Shown here: positions 13,169 through 23,843 of the stretch, piece after piece | How positions within the stretch are numbered: position 1 is the first letter of the stretch | How the letters are laid out: each line of letters begins with the position of its first letter | From: Thermodesulfobacteriota bacterium | Lineage (GTDB): Bacteria > Desulfobacterota > Desulfobacteria > Desulfobacterales > SURF-7 | Assembly: GCA_049320885.1 (NCBI GenBank) | Contig: JBMORA010000009.1 | Coordinates: 128,001-192,000 of the forward strand | Reading direction: 5' to 3' | Length of the DNA: 64,000 nucleotides | Translations under genes and position numbers: made by a program | Notes under the pieces: generated by a model | What the model was told of the DNA's origin: nothing | Database searches by the model: none | Seen by the model: the letters and a program-made list of their open reading frames with translations, nothing else

Positions 13169-13615
13169 ATGGAATTCATTAAAATCCGTTTTGGAAATGA
13201 CCATAGTCAACCTGGTCAAAAGTTTGAGAAAACCATTGCCGAAATGTTTCAGTCCCTCAATCCCATGTTCACCATTTCGGAACGGGCATGGAAACCGCTG
13301 ATGGATATTTACGAGACGCCCGATGAAATTTATATCCTGGCCGAGATCGCCGGGGTGGGCAAAGAGGACCTGGAACTGGAAATCAATCGCAAGGCGGTCA
13401 AAATTTACGGACAGCGCCGCTGCTCCCCGCCGGTGGAGAATGCCCGGTTCCGGCTCGCGGAAATCCAGTACGGTTTTTTCGAACGCATGCTGTTTTTACC
13501 CGCCCCCATCGATACGGAGCAGGTGTCGGCGTCCTATTCCAACGGATTGCTGCAGGTTCGACTTTCCAAACTGCCCAGGGATATAACCCATTCCATTCCC
13601 ATCAGTGATGGCTGA
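13169..13615 (+). CDS. Small heat-shock protein, Hsp20/alpha-crystallin family
   Basis: P-x-MDIYET, AEIAGV, EIQYGFFER, ASYSNGLL; AAGGAG SD before 13169. Confidence 0.92.
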   Translation: MEFIKIRFGNDHSQPGQKFEKTIAEMFQSLNPMFTISERAWKPLMDIYETPDEIYILAEIAGVGKEDLELEINRKAVKIYGQRRCSPPVENARFRLAEIQYGFFERMLFLPAPIDTEQVSASYSNGLLQVRLSKLPRDITHSIPISDG

Positions 13616-13710
13616 AGGGCCCAGTGTCTCACGCGCATGCCGGGATCACGGGAACATGAGGATGAACTCTCCGCTTTTTGCGATTCTGATCCAGTAACCA
13701 GGAGGAACAA

Positions 13711-16059
13711 ATGTCTGACAATCCGCTATCGATGGAAATTGATCCGAATACTATGCCGAAACAATTGCCGATACTGCCTCTATTCGAGGTCGTGCTGTTT
13801 CCCAAGATGGTGCTGCCGCTGGTGGTGATGGAAGGGCAGTCGATCCAGCTCATCGACGAAGCCATGGCAAAGGACCGCATCATCGGGCTGGTCTCCTCGC
13901 GGAAATCCGAAGTCAGCGAATCCTATACGCCGGATAACCTCTATACCGTCGGCACCTCGGCCGTTATCCTCAAAATGGCCAAGGCGGATGAAAACAAGGC
14001 CCAGTTGATGGTCCAGGGGATCAGCCGCTTTAAAATCGAGCGCTTTGTGGACGGCAAGTCCTACCTGCAGGCCCAGGTATCCCCGGTTCCGGACAAGGCG
14101 GCCGACGACAAGGAGTCGAAGGCGCTCATGGCCAATCTCGTGGATCTCTACAGCAAGGTGGTGAAGCTCTCCCCCAGTCTACCCCAGGATATCAGCAACA
14201 TGGCCCGTTCCATCGAGGATCCGGGCATTCTGGCGGACATGGTGACCTCCACGATCAACTCTTCCATTGAGGAAAAACAGAAAATACTGGAAATACAGGA
14301 GGTAAAAAAACGCCTGAAAGAAGTCACCCGCATGGTCAACTACCAGCTGGAGATCCTGGAGCTGGGAAGCAAGATTCAATCCCAGGTCAAGGGAGACATG
14401 GACAAGAAACAGAAGGAATACTATTTGCGCCAGCAGCTGAAGGCCATCAAGGAAGAACTGGGGGAAACCGATGAATCCAGTGTCGAAATCGATGAATACC
14501 GGGCGAAAATCAACGAGAAACAGCTTCCCGAGGAGGCGTTGAAGGAGGCCGAGCGGGAATTGAACCGGCTCGGTCGCATGCATCCGTCCTCCTCCGAATA
14601 TACCGTTTCTTCCACGTATCTGGACTGGCTGACCAGCCTTCCCTGGAACGAGAGCACGGAGGATAATCTGGACATCGCCAAAGCCAGAAAGATCCTGGAC
14701 GACGATCATTACGGGTTGGAAAAGGCCAAGAAACGGATTATCGAATACCTGGCGGTTCGCAAGCTGAAACCGGATTCCAAAGGTCCGATTCTGTGTTTCG
14801 CCGGCCCGCCCGGCACGGGGAAAACCTCCCTGGGCCATTCCATCGCCAAGGCCCTGGGCCGGAAATTCATCCGCATCGCCCTGGGCGGCGTGAGGGACGA
14901 GGCGGAGATCCGGGGGCATCGCCGCACCTACGTGGGGGCCCTGCCCGGCCGCATCATCCAGGGCATCCGGCGGGCGGAATCGAAAAATCCGGTTTTCATG
15001 CTGGATGAAATCGATAAGGTCGGCAGCGATTTCCGGGGAGATCCTTCCTCGGCCCTATTGGAAGTCCTGGATCCGGAGCAGAATTTTTCCTTTTCCGATC
15101 ATTATCTGGACGTGCCCTTCGACCTGTCCAAGGTGATGTTCATCACCACCGCGAATGTCCTCGACACCATCCCGCCGGCCCTGCGGGATCGCATGGAAGT
15201 CTTGCAGCTGCTCGGTTATACCGAGGAAGAGAAGATCAGCATCGCCAACCGCTACCTGATTCCGCGTCAACGGGACGAGCACGGACTCAAGACCAAGCAG
15301 TTGGCCATTTCAACCCCGGTTCTCCGGCATATCATCAGCGGTTACACCCGGGAGGCCGGTTTGCGGAATCTGGAGCGGGAGATCGCCGCCATCTGCCGCG
15401 GGGTGGCCGCCAACATCGCCGAGGGGAAGAAAAAATCGGTTTCCATCGCCATCAAGGATATAGCCGATTATCTCGGACCGGTCCGGTTCACTTCCGAGGA
15501 AATCACCAGGGTCGGAACACCGGGCGTGGCCATGGGTCTGGCGTGGACGCCCGCCGGAGGAGAGTTGCTGTTCATCGAAGCCACGGCCATGAAGGGCAAG
15601 CACGGTCTGACCTTGACCGGACAACTGGGCGATGTCATGAAGGAGTCCGCCACGGCCGCCCTGAGCTTCATCCGATCAAACGCCAAAAGCATCGGCGTGC
15701 CGGAAGATTTTTTTGAAAACCGGGATATCCATGTGCATGTTCCGGCAGGCGCGATTCCCAAGGACGGTCCTTCCGCCGGAGTCACCATGCTGACGGCGCT
15801 GACCTCCCTGCTGACCGGCAAGCCGATCCAGGAAAAACTGGCCATGACCGGAGAAATCACCCTGCGCGGGCAGGTCCTGCCGGTGGGCGGCATCAAGGAG
15901 AAAGTGCTGGCGGCCCATCGTGCCGGAGTCAAAACCATTATCCTGCCCAAATGGAATGAAAAGGATCTGTTCGATATTCCGGCCAATGTCCGCAAAAGCA
16001 TCAAGTTCCATTTTGTGGACAAGATGAGTCAGGTGCTGAAGATCGCCCTGCGCAAATAA
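13711..16059 (+). CDS. lon: ATP-dependent protease La (Lon), copy 2
   Basis: LPILPL N-domain, [28 protein letters not shown]. Confidence 0.96.
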   Translation: MSDNPLSMEIDPNTMPKQLPILPLFEVVLFPKMVLPLVVMEGQSIQLIDEAMAKDRIIGLVSSRKSEVSESYTPDNLYTVGTSAVILKMAKADENKAQLMVQGISRFKIERFVDGKSYLQAQVSPVPDKAADDKESKALMANLVDLYSKVVKLSPSLPQDISNMARSIEDPGILADMVTSTINSSIEEKQKILEIQEVKKRLKEVTRMVNYQLEILELGSKIQSQVKGDMDKKQKEYYLRQQLKAIKEELGETDESSVEIDEYRAKINEKQLPEEALKEAERELNRLGRMHPSSSEYTVSSTYLDWLTSLPWNESTEDNLDIAKARKILDDDHYGLEKAKKRIIEYLAVRKLKPDSKGPILCFAGPPGTGKTSLGHSIAKALGRKFIRIALGGVRDEAEIRGHRRTYVGALPGRIIQGIRRAESKNPVFMLDEIDKVGSDFRGDPSSALLEVLDPEQNFSFSDHYLDVPFDLSKVMFITTANVLDTIPPALRDRMEVLQLLGYTEEEKISIANRYLIPRQRDEHGLKTKQLAISTPVLRHIISGYTREAGLRNLEREIAAICRGVAANIAEGKKKSVSIAIKDIADYLGPVRFTSEEITRVGTPGVAMGLAWTPAGGELLFIEATAMKGKHGLTLTGQLGDVMKESATAALSFIRSNAKSIGVPEDFFENRDIHVHVPAGAIPKDGPSAGVTMLTALTSLLTGKPIQEKLAMTGEITLRGQVLPVGGIKEKVLAAHRAGVKTIILPKWNEKDLFDIPANVRKSIKFHFVDKMSQVLKIALRK

Positions 16060-16166
16060 AATCCGGAGGAACGAAAATCGGTAGTGCCGATATTCTGTAA
16101 AATGGAACCATGCGGATAGGATTCATCGAACACAGCGAAGCCCCGGTGCGGCGGCAACCAGGCGGA

Positions 16167-16940
16167 ATGTCAAAACGGGACGGAAGGAACGGCCTTGCGC
16201 GATTCCGGTCGCTGCTGACCGGCGCCCGGATTTTCCTCTGGCTGCTGCCGGCGATCTCCCTGGGATGCCTGCCCAAGGCGCCGCCCGTGGCGCCGCCCGG
16301 TTATCCGGCGCCCTACAAGGTCGGCGGTGAATGGTATCAACCCATCCCCAACGCAAAGGACTTCCGGCAACTGGGCATCGCCTCCTGGTATGGGGAAGAT
16401 TTCCATGGACGCAAAACCTCCAGCGGCGAAATTTACAACATGCATGCCATGACGGCGGCTCACAAAACCCTGCCGCTGGGAACATTCGTGCGGGTCCGCC
16501 ACCAGGGAACCGGGCGTGAAATCGTGGTCAAAGTCAATGATCGGGGGCCTTTCGTCAGCGGGCGGATCATCGATCTTTCCTATGCGGCCGCGAAGGAACT
16601 GGGCATCGTGGACATCGGCACGGCCCCGGTTCAGGTGGTGGCCCTGGGCAGGGCGGCCGGGGGATCCGGTTCCGATTCGCCGGCGTATATACCCGGCGAC
16701 TATTATTCCGGCAACTTCACGTTCCAGGTCGCCGCTTTCAAGGAACTCGCCAATGCCGAGCGGCTGAAAACCAAACTGGGCAAAACCTATCCAAACGCGC
16801 ACATCTTCAAATGGGACAATGGAAAGGACGTGTTCTACCGGGTTCGCGTGGGGCGATATTCGAACCTGGAACAGATCGCTGCGGATGAAACCATACTGGC
16901 CCGGGACGGATATCCGGATGCGTTTATTGTGGCCGAATAG
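16167..16940 (+). CDS. rlpA: RlpA-family septal lytic transglycosylase lipoprotein with SPOR domain
   Basis: Lipobox [33 protein letters not shown]-terminal SPOR (YRVRVG). Start uncertain. Confidence 0.9.
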   Translation: MSKRDGRNGLARFRSLLTGARIFLWLLPAISLGCLPKAPPVAPPGYPAPYKVGGEWYQPIPNAKDFRQLGIASWYGEDFHGRKTSSGEIYNMHAMTAAHKTLPLGTFVRVRHQGTGREIVVKVNDRGPFVSGRIIDLSYAAAKELGIVDIGTAPVQVVALGRAAGGSGSDSPAYIPGDYYSGNFTFQVAAFKELANAERLKTKLGKTYPNAHIFKWDNGKDVFYRVRVGRYSNLEQIAADETILARDGYPDAFIVAE

Positions 16941-16955
16941 CCCGGAAACACCGCC

Positions 16956-17546
16956 ATGGAAATGAACGCAGGCCTCAATCGGATCGTCTTCATGGATCGG
17001 GACGGGGTCATCAACCGGGACTCGCCGGATTACATCAAGGGCTGGAGCGAGTTCGAATTCCTGCCGGGCAGCCTGGAGGCCATGGCCCATCTTACCCGGA
17101 ACGGGTTTCGAATCATCATTGTCACCAACCAGTCCATCATCAACCGCGGCATGGTCCGGCCGGCAATCCTGGATGACATGTTCCGGCGCATGACGCAGGC
17201 CGTGCGGGAGGCCGGCGGTGACATCCTCGATATTTTTTTCTGCCCCCACAGGCCGGAAGAAGACTGCGATTGCCGGAAACCGCGGACCGGCATGCTGCAG
17301 AAGGCCCGGCGCATCCACGGGCTCGATCTTTCCAGAACCTATATGGTGGGCGACAACGCCAAGGATATTGAATGCGCCAGGAATGCGGGTTGCGGCAGCG
17401 CCATCCTTGTCCTGACCGGCAGCGGCCTGGAAGCTGTTGGGATCCTGGAACGCAAGGGGATACGACCCGACCATGTCGCCGCCGATCTCCTGGCGGCCGC
17501 CCGCTGGATCACCGGAGGCGGAATGGAAGGGGAAACTCGTTCATGA
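16956..17546 (+). CDS. gmhB: D-glycero-D-manno-heptose 1,7-bisphosphate phosphatase (HAD IIIA)
   Basis: DRDGVIN, VTNQS, CPH...CDCRKP, MVGD...DI. Confidence 0.9.
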   Translation: MEMNAGLNRIVFMDRDGVINRDSPDYIKGWSEFEFLPGSLEAMAHLTRNGFRIIIVTNQSIINRGMVRPAILDDMFRRMTQAVREAGGDILDIFFCPHRPEEDCDCRKPRTGMLQKARRIHGLDLSRTYMVGDNAKDIECARNAGCGSAILVLTGSGLEAVGILERKGIRPDHVAADLLAAARWITGGGMEGETRS

Positions 17547-19708
17547 TCCGGCTGGCAGGGCAGGTGGAACGGATCACCTTCCACAATCCGGAGAATCACT
17601 ACACCATCGCCCGCATCAGCACCCGCGAATCCAGATCGCTTGTCACCATCGTGGGATATATGCCCGGTGTGCAAGCGGGGCAGGATCTCCATATCGGCGG
17701 CTCCTGGGAAACCCATCCCAGGTACGGCCAGCAATTCAAGATCACCACCTTCGAAATCGCCTTGCCTGCCACGGTGGAGGGTATCCGCCGATATCTCGAA
17801 TCCGATGCCGTCAAGGGTATCGGCAGGGTCATGGCCGGGAAACTCTTGGCTTCCTTCGGTCCCCGCACCCTGGAGATTATCGCCAACGAGCCCGAGCGGC
17901 TGACCGAAATCGAGGGCATCGGCGGCCAGAAGGCCGAGGCGCTTCACCGGGCCTGGAAGAAGCATCATGCCCTGATCGACATCATGCGGTATCTCCAGGC
18001 CCACGGCGTCAAGGCAGCCTATGCCGCTCAAATCCTGAAAATCTACGGCGAGGACGCCGTTGCGGCCATCCAGGCGGATCCCTTCCGGCTGGTGGATGAC
18101 CTGCCCCAGGGCGGCTTCCTCATCGCCGACGCCATCACCCGGCATATGGGACGCCCCAAGGATGATCCCGGGCGGATCCGGGCCTGTCTGTTCTATCTGC
18201 TGGACCAGGCCGCCGCTGAAGGGCATGTGTTTGTCCACGAAGACCGGCTGATCCAGCGCGTCGATTCTTTTGAGATCGATGCGGACCAGGCCGCCCGATC
18301 GCTGGAAGGGATGGCCGCAAGGGGCGAAATCGTCGTCGAGGAGGGCATCGAGGACGGCGAGGCCCGGGCGGTTTTCAGCCGGGAGCTTCATCGGGCGGAA
18401 AAAGGCATCGCCGGCCGTATTCACGGCATGGTGTCGATTCCGGTGGAATCCCTGGATCAGAACGCGTCCCTGCTCGCCGCGGAAGTCTTCAACAGCCTGG
18501 CCATCCGGCTGTCCGAAGAGCAGCTGGGGGTGCTGGAGGCGGTTCTCGCCCAGCGGGTCGCGGTCATCACGGGGGGGCCGGGTACGGGAAAAACCACCTT
18601 GATCCGGGCGCTTTGCGCCGTATTCAAGGCCGCTGGCCGGCGGACCATACTGGCCGCTCCCACCGGCCGGGCGGCCAGGCGCCTCACGGAAGTGACCGGT
18701 TGGGAGGCCCAGACGATTCACCGTCTGCTGGGTTATCATTTCCAGGAGGGGCGATTCGAGAAGAACCAGGACGATCCCTTGGATGCGGATGCGGTCATCG
18801 TGGATGAAGCCTCCATGGTCGACACCCTGCTCATGCATCACCTGCTGAACGCGACGCCGCTTCGATCCCGGCTGGTGCTGGTGGGGGACGTTTTTCAATT
18901 GCCGTCCGTTGGGCCGGGTAACGTGCTGGACGACCTGATCCGCTCCGGAAGGCTGCCGGTGTTCTATCTGTCCCGGATTTTCCGGCAGGCCCGCCAAAGC
19001 GCCATCATCGTCAACGCCCATCTGATCCGGCAGGGGGAATTCCCGGATATCCAACCGACGGAAGCCGTTGCGGCGGACACCGATTTCTGTTTCCTTTCGA
19101 CCGATGACCCGCGGGAAATGCCGGAACGGATCATCGACCTCTGCCGCAGCACCATCCCCCAACGGTTTTCCTTTGATCCCATCCGGGACATTCAGGTGCT
19201 CACGCCCATGCACAAAGGCGTCGTGGGCACCCTGCAGCTCAACCGGTTGCTGCAGGCGGCCCTGAACCCATCCGCCGGATTGATGGAACACATGGGCGCC
19301 TCCTTCCGGATCGGTGACAAGGTGATGCACCTGAAAAACAACTACCAGAAGGATGTTTTCAATGGAGATATCGGCACCATCATGGATTGCGACGGGGAAA
19401 ACGGGAGGTTGCTGGTGGATTACTACGGCCGGACCATCAGCTATGAAACCGAGGAACTCGGCGAGGTCACGCCGGCATACGCCATTTCGGTCCATAAATC
19501 CCAGGGATCCGAATACCCGGCGGTCATCATACCCCTGGTCACCCAGCACTATCCGCTGTTGCAACGCAATCTTCTTTATACGGCGGTCACCCGCGGCAAG
19601 CAACTGGTGGTGCTCATCGGATCACCCAAGGCTTTTTCCATCGCCCTGCATAACGACACGGCCCAGAAACGTTTTACGCGGCTGCGGCATAAACTGGAGA
19701 ATGGATAG
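17543..19708 (+). CDS. recD2: ATP-dependent RecD-like helicase (RecD2)
   Basis: N-terminal OB/HhH (HPRYGQQF, VKGIG), GGPGTGKT, VDEASM, GDVFQLPSVGPG, YAISVHKSQGSE; ATGA overlap with gmhB. Confidence 0.93.
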   Translation: MIRLAGQVERITFHNPENHYTIARISTRESRSLVTIVGYMPGVQAGQDLHIGGSWETHPRYGQQFKITTFEIALPATVEGIRRYLESDAVKGIGRVMAGKLLASFGPRTLEIIANEPERLTEIEGIGGQKAEALHRAWKKHHALIDIMRYLQAHGVKAAYAAQILKIYGEDAVAAIQADPFRLVDDLPQGGFLIADAITRHMGRPKDDPGRIRACLFYLLDQAAAEGHVFVHEDRLIQRVDSFEIDADQAARSLEGMAARGEIVVEEGIEDGEARAVFSRELHRAEKGIAGRIHGMVSIPVESLDQNASLLAAEVFNSLAIRLSEEQLGVLEAVLAQRVAVITGGPGTGKTTLIRALCAVFKAAGRRTILAAPTGRAARRLTEVTGWEAQTIHRLLGYHFQEGRFEKNQDDPLDADAVIVDEASMVDTLLMHHLLNATPLRSRLVLVGDVFQLPSVGPGNVLDDLIRSGRLPVFYLSRIFRQARQSAIIVNAHLIRQGEFPDIQPTEAVAADTDFCFLSTDDPREMPERIIDLCRSTIPQRFSFDPIRDIQVLTPMHKGVVGTLQLNRLLQAALNPSAGLMEHMGASFRIGDKVMHLKNNYQKDVFNGDIGTIMDCDGENGRLLVDYYGRTISYETEELGEVTPAYAISVHKSQGSEYPAVIIPLVTQHYPLLQRNLLYTAVTRGKQLVVLIGSPKAFSIALHNDTAQKRFTRLRHKLENG

Positions 19709-19780
19709 GGCGCTTTCCACGCCCCTAAGGGCCTGTCTCTCCGGGTCCCGCCGGTGGTGACGGAGGCAGGCCAATCCGGA

Positions 19781-21268
19781 CTAGTGATCCAGATCCCGGA
19801 AGCGATTCAATTCGGCCAATGCCTCCATGTCCTTTTTATATAATGCCTTCCAGCCGACTTTGCGGACAAGTCTTTCGTAATGGCGCTTCAGGAACGGTTT
19901 GAAGGCGTACACCCAGATGGCGGTCCACAACTTGCCCTGGTCGCGGGTGCGCCGGGTCGGATCCCACCAGCCCAGCACATTCTGGCGGTGATACCAGAAC
20001 AGATATTGCAAGTCCTCCGCCTCCAGGTGGCGGGTCCGGACGTTGGCCCATAGCCCGTTATAGCGCTTATAATCCGTACGGTTGGCCACCAGACCCTGGT
20101 CGATCAGTTTTTGGCGCATGCCGGTTTTGGGATACGGGGTCAGGATTTGGACGTAGGCGGCATCCGTCTGGATGTCATTGAGAAACCGGTAATTCTCGAT
20201 GATGGCGGTTTCGTCGTCGTCCGGGAAGCCGAAAATCAAACCGCCGATGACCATGATGCCGTATTTGTGACAGTTCGCAACCGCCTTGCGGGAGGCGTCC
20301 ACGATATTGCCCTTCTGGGCGGCTTCCAGGTTTTTTTGGGAGGCGTTTTCTATTCCCAGGAAAACGGATTTGAACCCGGCCAGGGCCATTTTCCGGACCA
20401 TCTCCTCTTCCCGGGCCATGGTCAGACAGTCCGCCTGGACCACGATGTTCAGATTTCGGTATTTCCTCGCGATAATGGCGTCGCACAGCTCGATGACCCG
20501 TCCGGGATCCAATACCAGGTTGTCGTCCACAATAAAAACCCAGCGGGTCTTGCGGTTGTGGTAGATGTCGTCCAGATCCGAAAGGACCCTCTCCAGGGGA
20601 AAGACACGGAAGGATCTTCCGTACATATGCTTCATGCTGCAGTAATTGCAGTTGCGGGTGCAGCCCCGGGACGTCTCCATCAGCTCAATTCTGGAATACA
20701 TGATGTGATAACCCCAGGTCAGGCGGCGTTTGTCGCGGATGGGCAGTTTGAGGGCGGCGAGGTCCAGGTTTTCCGATCGCGGATTGTGCACGAACACGCC
20801 GTTCTCCTTGTAGGAGAGGGAAGGGATCGCGCGGATGTCGTCTTCATCGGCAAGGGCGTTGACCAGCCGCCGGCAAGCTTCCTCCCCTTCCCCCCGGATC
20901 ATGAAATCGATCCAGCGGGCCTCCTCGGAAGCGGCGATTTCCTCGCTCATCAAGGTGGCATGATAGCCGCCGATGACGATCTTGACTGTCGGCCGGAGCT
21001 GTTTGATCAGACGGATCAGGCGGACACAGGTGTCATACTGCCAGGCCATGGCCGACAGGCCCACGAGGTCCGGCTGGATGCGGGTGATGATCCGGGTCAC
21101 ATACCGACGCAGCTTTCGGCGCTCACGGATGAGATCGACAATGTAGACTTCATGGTGGTCATCGATGTTGCCGCCCACGCTGGCGATTCCGTGGCCGGGC
21201 ATGTGGATGGCGGAATGGTGAATGATCATCGGCGCCACATCGGGCATGGACATCAGGATGACTTTCAT
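19781..21268 (-). CDS. Cobalamin-binding radical SAM enzyme
   Basis: N-terminal B12-binding-like domain (DLVGLSAM, IGGYHAT, RGEGE), SRGCTRNCNYC (CxxxCxxC), VDDN, FLGIE, TPYPKT. Confidence 0.88.
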   Translation of the reverse strand: MKVILMSMPDVAPMIIHHSAIHMPGHGIASVGGNIDDHHEVYIVDLIRERRKLRRYVTRIITRIQPDLVGLSAMAWQYDTCVRLIRLIKQLRPTVKIVIGGYHATLMSEEIAASEEARWIDFMIRGEGEEACRRLVNALADEDDIRAIPSLSYKENGVFVHNPRSENLDLAALKLPIRDKRRLTWGYHIMYSRIELMETSRGCTRNCNYCSMKHMYGRSFRVFPLERVLSDLDDIYHNRKTRWVFIVDDNLVLDPGRVIELCDAIIARKYRNLNIVVQADCLTMAREEEMVRKMALAGFKSVFLGIENASQKNLEAAQKGNIVDASRKAVANCHKYGIMVIGGLIFGFPDDDETAIIENYRFLNDIQTDAAYVQILTPYPKTGMRQKLIDQGLVANRTDYKRYNGLWANVRTRHLEAEDLQYLFWYHRQNVLGWWDPTRRTRDQGKLWTAIWVYAFKPFLKRHYERLVRKVGWKALYKKDMEALAELNRFRDLDH

Positions 21269-21310
21269 GGTTCCTCTCTTTGTATCGGTTTCGGTACGCT
21301 CACCGGCATG

Positions 21311-22126
21311 TCAGTCCGGACCGGCCGTATCCGCAGGACCGGGGTTCCGGGTCTGGGGCTCCAGCAACTGCCTAACCTTTTCCATTACTTGGGATGTCGA
21401 CCCGGAGGGCCCTTGCCTGTCCGGGGGAAGGATGCCCATCAGGTCGACCCGGATGGGACTGCCGCCGCAGGTATGAAACAAGAAACGGCCCGGCTGAAAC
21501 AATTGATCCGTATTCCGGATGCGGACCACAGCGATGGGGGCGCCGTGTCTTCTGGCGATGGAGAAGGCCCCTTTGTTGAATTCGCCCAGGCGGCCGTCAC
21601 GGCTGCGGGTGCCTTCGGGAAAGATGAACAGATTCCCCCCGGATGCCAGAAACGCCGGCATGCGGTTCATCTGGCGGATCAGAATGTCGGCGAAGTCCCC
21701 TTTGGCCTCGGAGGGCATATAGCCGGAAAGTTTCAACATCCGGCCGAAAACCGGGATGCCGAACAGCCCGCTTTTGACGATGGTCTTGTGCCTGGGGTAA
21801 ATGGACATCAACAGCAACGGGTCCAGGTATGACAAATGGTTGCTCACCACCACCGAGGAGCGCACGGCTTTCACATCCGGGTGGATTTGCAGTTTCCGCC
21901 AGGGCATGAGGAGCCGGATCAGCAGGAACAAACCCTTGTAAAAAAAATGATTCAAGCGTTGATAGGCCGTTTCCCGCCAGCCGGCGAACGGAAACGCCGC
22001 TAGGTACCAGAGGGCGAAAAACACTAAAAATCCCGCCGTGTAATAGGTCCACAGCACCAGGGTGATGGCCAGATCGGGAATGATCCGGAGCGATGCGGCC
22101 ATGACCGGCGGAATGGTTCGCTGCAT
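21311..22126 (-). CDS. PlsC-like lysophospholipid acyltransferase
   Basis: NHLSYLD (HxxxxD) and FPEGTRS motifs; N-terminal TM. Confidence 0.9.
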   Translation of the reverse strand: MQRTIPPVMAASLRIIPDLAITLVLWTYYTAGFLVFFALWYLAAFPFAGWRETAYQRLNHFFYKGLFLLIRLLMPWRKLQIHPDVKAVRSSVVVSNHLSYLDPLLLMSIYPRHKTIVKSGLFGIPVFGRMLKLSGYMPSEAKGDFADILIRQMNRMPAFLASGGNLFIFPEGTRSRDGRLGEFNKGAFSIARRHGAPIAVVRIRNTDQLFQPGRFLFHTCGGSPIRVDLMGILPPDRQGPSGSTSQVMEKVRQLLEPQTRNPGPADTAGPD

Positions 22127-22127
22127 G

Positions 22128-23366
22128 TCAGGAGTCCGCTTTTTTCAGCAACAGGCAGGTGTTCACGCCGCCGAAGGCGAAATTTTGAATCGCGGCGACG
22201 CGGATGTCGGCTTCCTGCAATTTCGTGGCGTGCCGGATCATGGCGCAGCGTTTGTCGATTTCCACCAGATTCAAGGTCGGGGCGATCCAGCCTTCCGCCA
22301 TCATGTACAATGTCAGGATGGTTTCGATGACGCCGCAGGAGCCCATGGTGTGCCCCATATAACTTTTCAGGCCGGTGACCGTGGGTCCGTCGCCGTAAAC
22401 CCTGGCAATGGCCTGGGCCTCAATGACGTCCCCCATCTTGGTGGCCGTTGCATGGGCGCTGATCAGATCCACGTCGTCGGAAGTGATTTTGGCTTCCGTG
22501 AGTGCCAGCTTCAGGGTCTGGGTGATGCCGTCGATATTGGGCAGGACAAGGTCCCCGCCGTTGTTGTTGCAAGCAAAGCCGATGATTTCGCCGAGGATCG
22601 GCGCACCCCGCCTGCGGGCGAATTCATATTCCTCCAGCATCACGGCGCCGGCGCCTTCGCCGACCACCAGCCCGTCGCGTTGAACATCAAACGGCCTGGG
22701 CGTCAAATGGGGCGTGTCGTTAAAGCGCGTGGAGCAGGCCAGCAGATTGTCGAAAACCGCCACGGTGGTGGTATCGTATTCATCCGCGCCGCCGCAGAGC
22801 ATGGCGTCCTGCAGGCCGTATTTAACGGCTTCATAGCCGAAGCCGATGGACTGACTGCTGGTGGTGCAGGCCGTGGAGGAGGAGATCACCCGGCCGGTTA
22901 TGCCGAACATTTTGGTGATGTTGACGGCCGTCGTATGCACCATGGATTTCAGATAGTCCACCGCGCCGATGGAGGAGAACTTGGTTTTGGAGCCGCTGAA
23001 GAAGGTTTTGTAAATATCCCGCTGGACGGTGGGGCTGCCGTGGGTGGAGCCGAAGGCCACTCCCAGGCGGCCGGAGCCGATGAAGGTGGGTTCCAGACCG
23101 GATTGGGCCAGCGCATCCTTGGCCACCTGACAGGCGTAATACGCCACCGGACCCATGGTTTTACTGTACTGGCGCTTGAAATCGTAAGCGATGGGGTAAT
23201 CCACGGTGCCAAAAACCCCGGACTGAATGTACTGTGAAAGCAGGCCGTCGTCCCTCAGCGGTTTCACGCCGGAAATGCCTTCCAGTAGATGCCGGCAAAT
23301 TTCCTTGGGGGTGTCGCCGATGGGTGTTATTGCAGAACATGCTGTAATTACGACTCTTCTGTCCAT
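22128..23366 (-). CDS. Beta-ketoacyl-ACP synthase (FabF/FabB-type)
   Basis: Cys-His-His triad intact: STACTT, AHATAT, GHTMG; GEGAG; NFAFGG. Confidence 0.93.
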   Translation of the reverse strand: MDRRVVITACSAITPIGDTPKEICRHLLEGISGVKPLRDDGLLSQYIQSGVFGTVDYPIAYDFKRQYSKTMGPVAYYACQVAKDALAQSGLEPTFIGSGRLGVAFGSTHGSPTVQRDIYKTFFSGSKTKFSSIGAVDYLKSMVHTTAVNITKMFGITGRVISSSTACTTSSQSIGFGYEAVKYGLQDAMLCGGADEYDTTTVAVFDNLLACSTRFNDTPHLTPRPFDVQRDGLVVGEGAGAVMLEEYEFARRRGAPILGEIIGFACNNNGGDLVLPNIDGITQTLKLALTEAKITSDDVDLISAHATATKMGDVIEAQAIARVYGDGPTVTGLKSYMGHTMGSCGVIETILTLYMMAEGWIAPTLNLVEIDKRCAMIRHATKLQEADIRVAAIQNFAFGGVNTCLLLKKADS

Positions 23367-23399
23367 GTTTGCCCCGTTAAACCAAAGCGGAAAAGGCGT

Positions 23400-23660
23400 T
23401 CACCCCCGGCTTCTGCGGGAGGCCATCAATTCAATATAATCCAGAATCTGGCGAATGGTGCGAACCTCCATGGCGATTTCCTTTTCTTCGCGGCTTAATT
23501 CCGTGTCCAACATGATCTCGATCTCCCGCAGGAGTTCGATGCCGTCGATGCTGTCAAATCCATGCATATCCCGCAAATCATCGTCCAGGCCCGGGTTGTC
23601 GATCTCGAACGAATCCCTGAAAATCCCCCGTATCCTGGTTTGTATTTCTTCCCGTGTCAT
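23400..23660 (-). CDS. Acyl carrier protein
   Basis: 86 aa, acidic; GFDSID phosphopantetheine attachment site. Start at MTREEI. Confidence 0.88.
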   Translation of the reverse strand: MTREEIQTRIRGIFRDSFEIDNPGLDDDLRDMHGFDSIDGIELLREIEIMLDTELSREEKEIAMEVRTIRQILDYIELMASRRSRG

Positions 23661-23843
23661 CAATGCCCGATCTTCCAAATTGAATAAATGAACCGTTTTA
23701 CGCGCCGTCCCGAGCCCGGCCATTCCGTCCTCCGCAACCATGGGCCTTGTCTGCCGATGAAAGGCCAGCGGCGATGTCCATCGGCGAAAACCCCCGATTC
23801 AATACTACACAACCCGACTCAATTCAAAAGAAAAGTGGCGGAT

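Noticed and set aside
17339..19603. 754-aa antisense ORF over recD2, and similar long shadows (709-1968, 10402-11661, 20111-21832, 27164-29110, 40173-41849)
   Set aside because: Each lies opposite a well-supported gene and has no recognisable motifs; such ORFs are expected from GC-rich codon bias.
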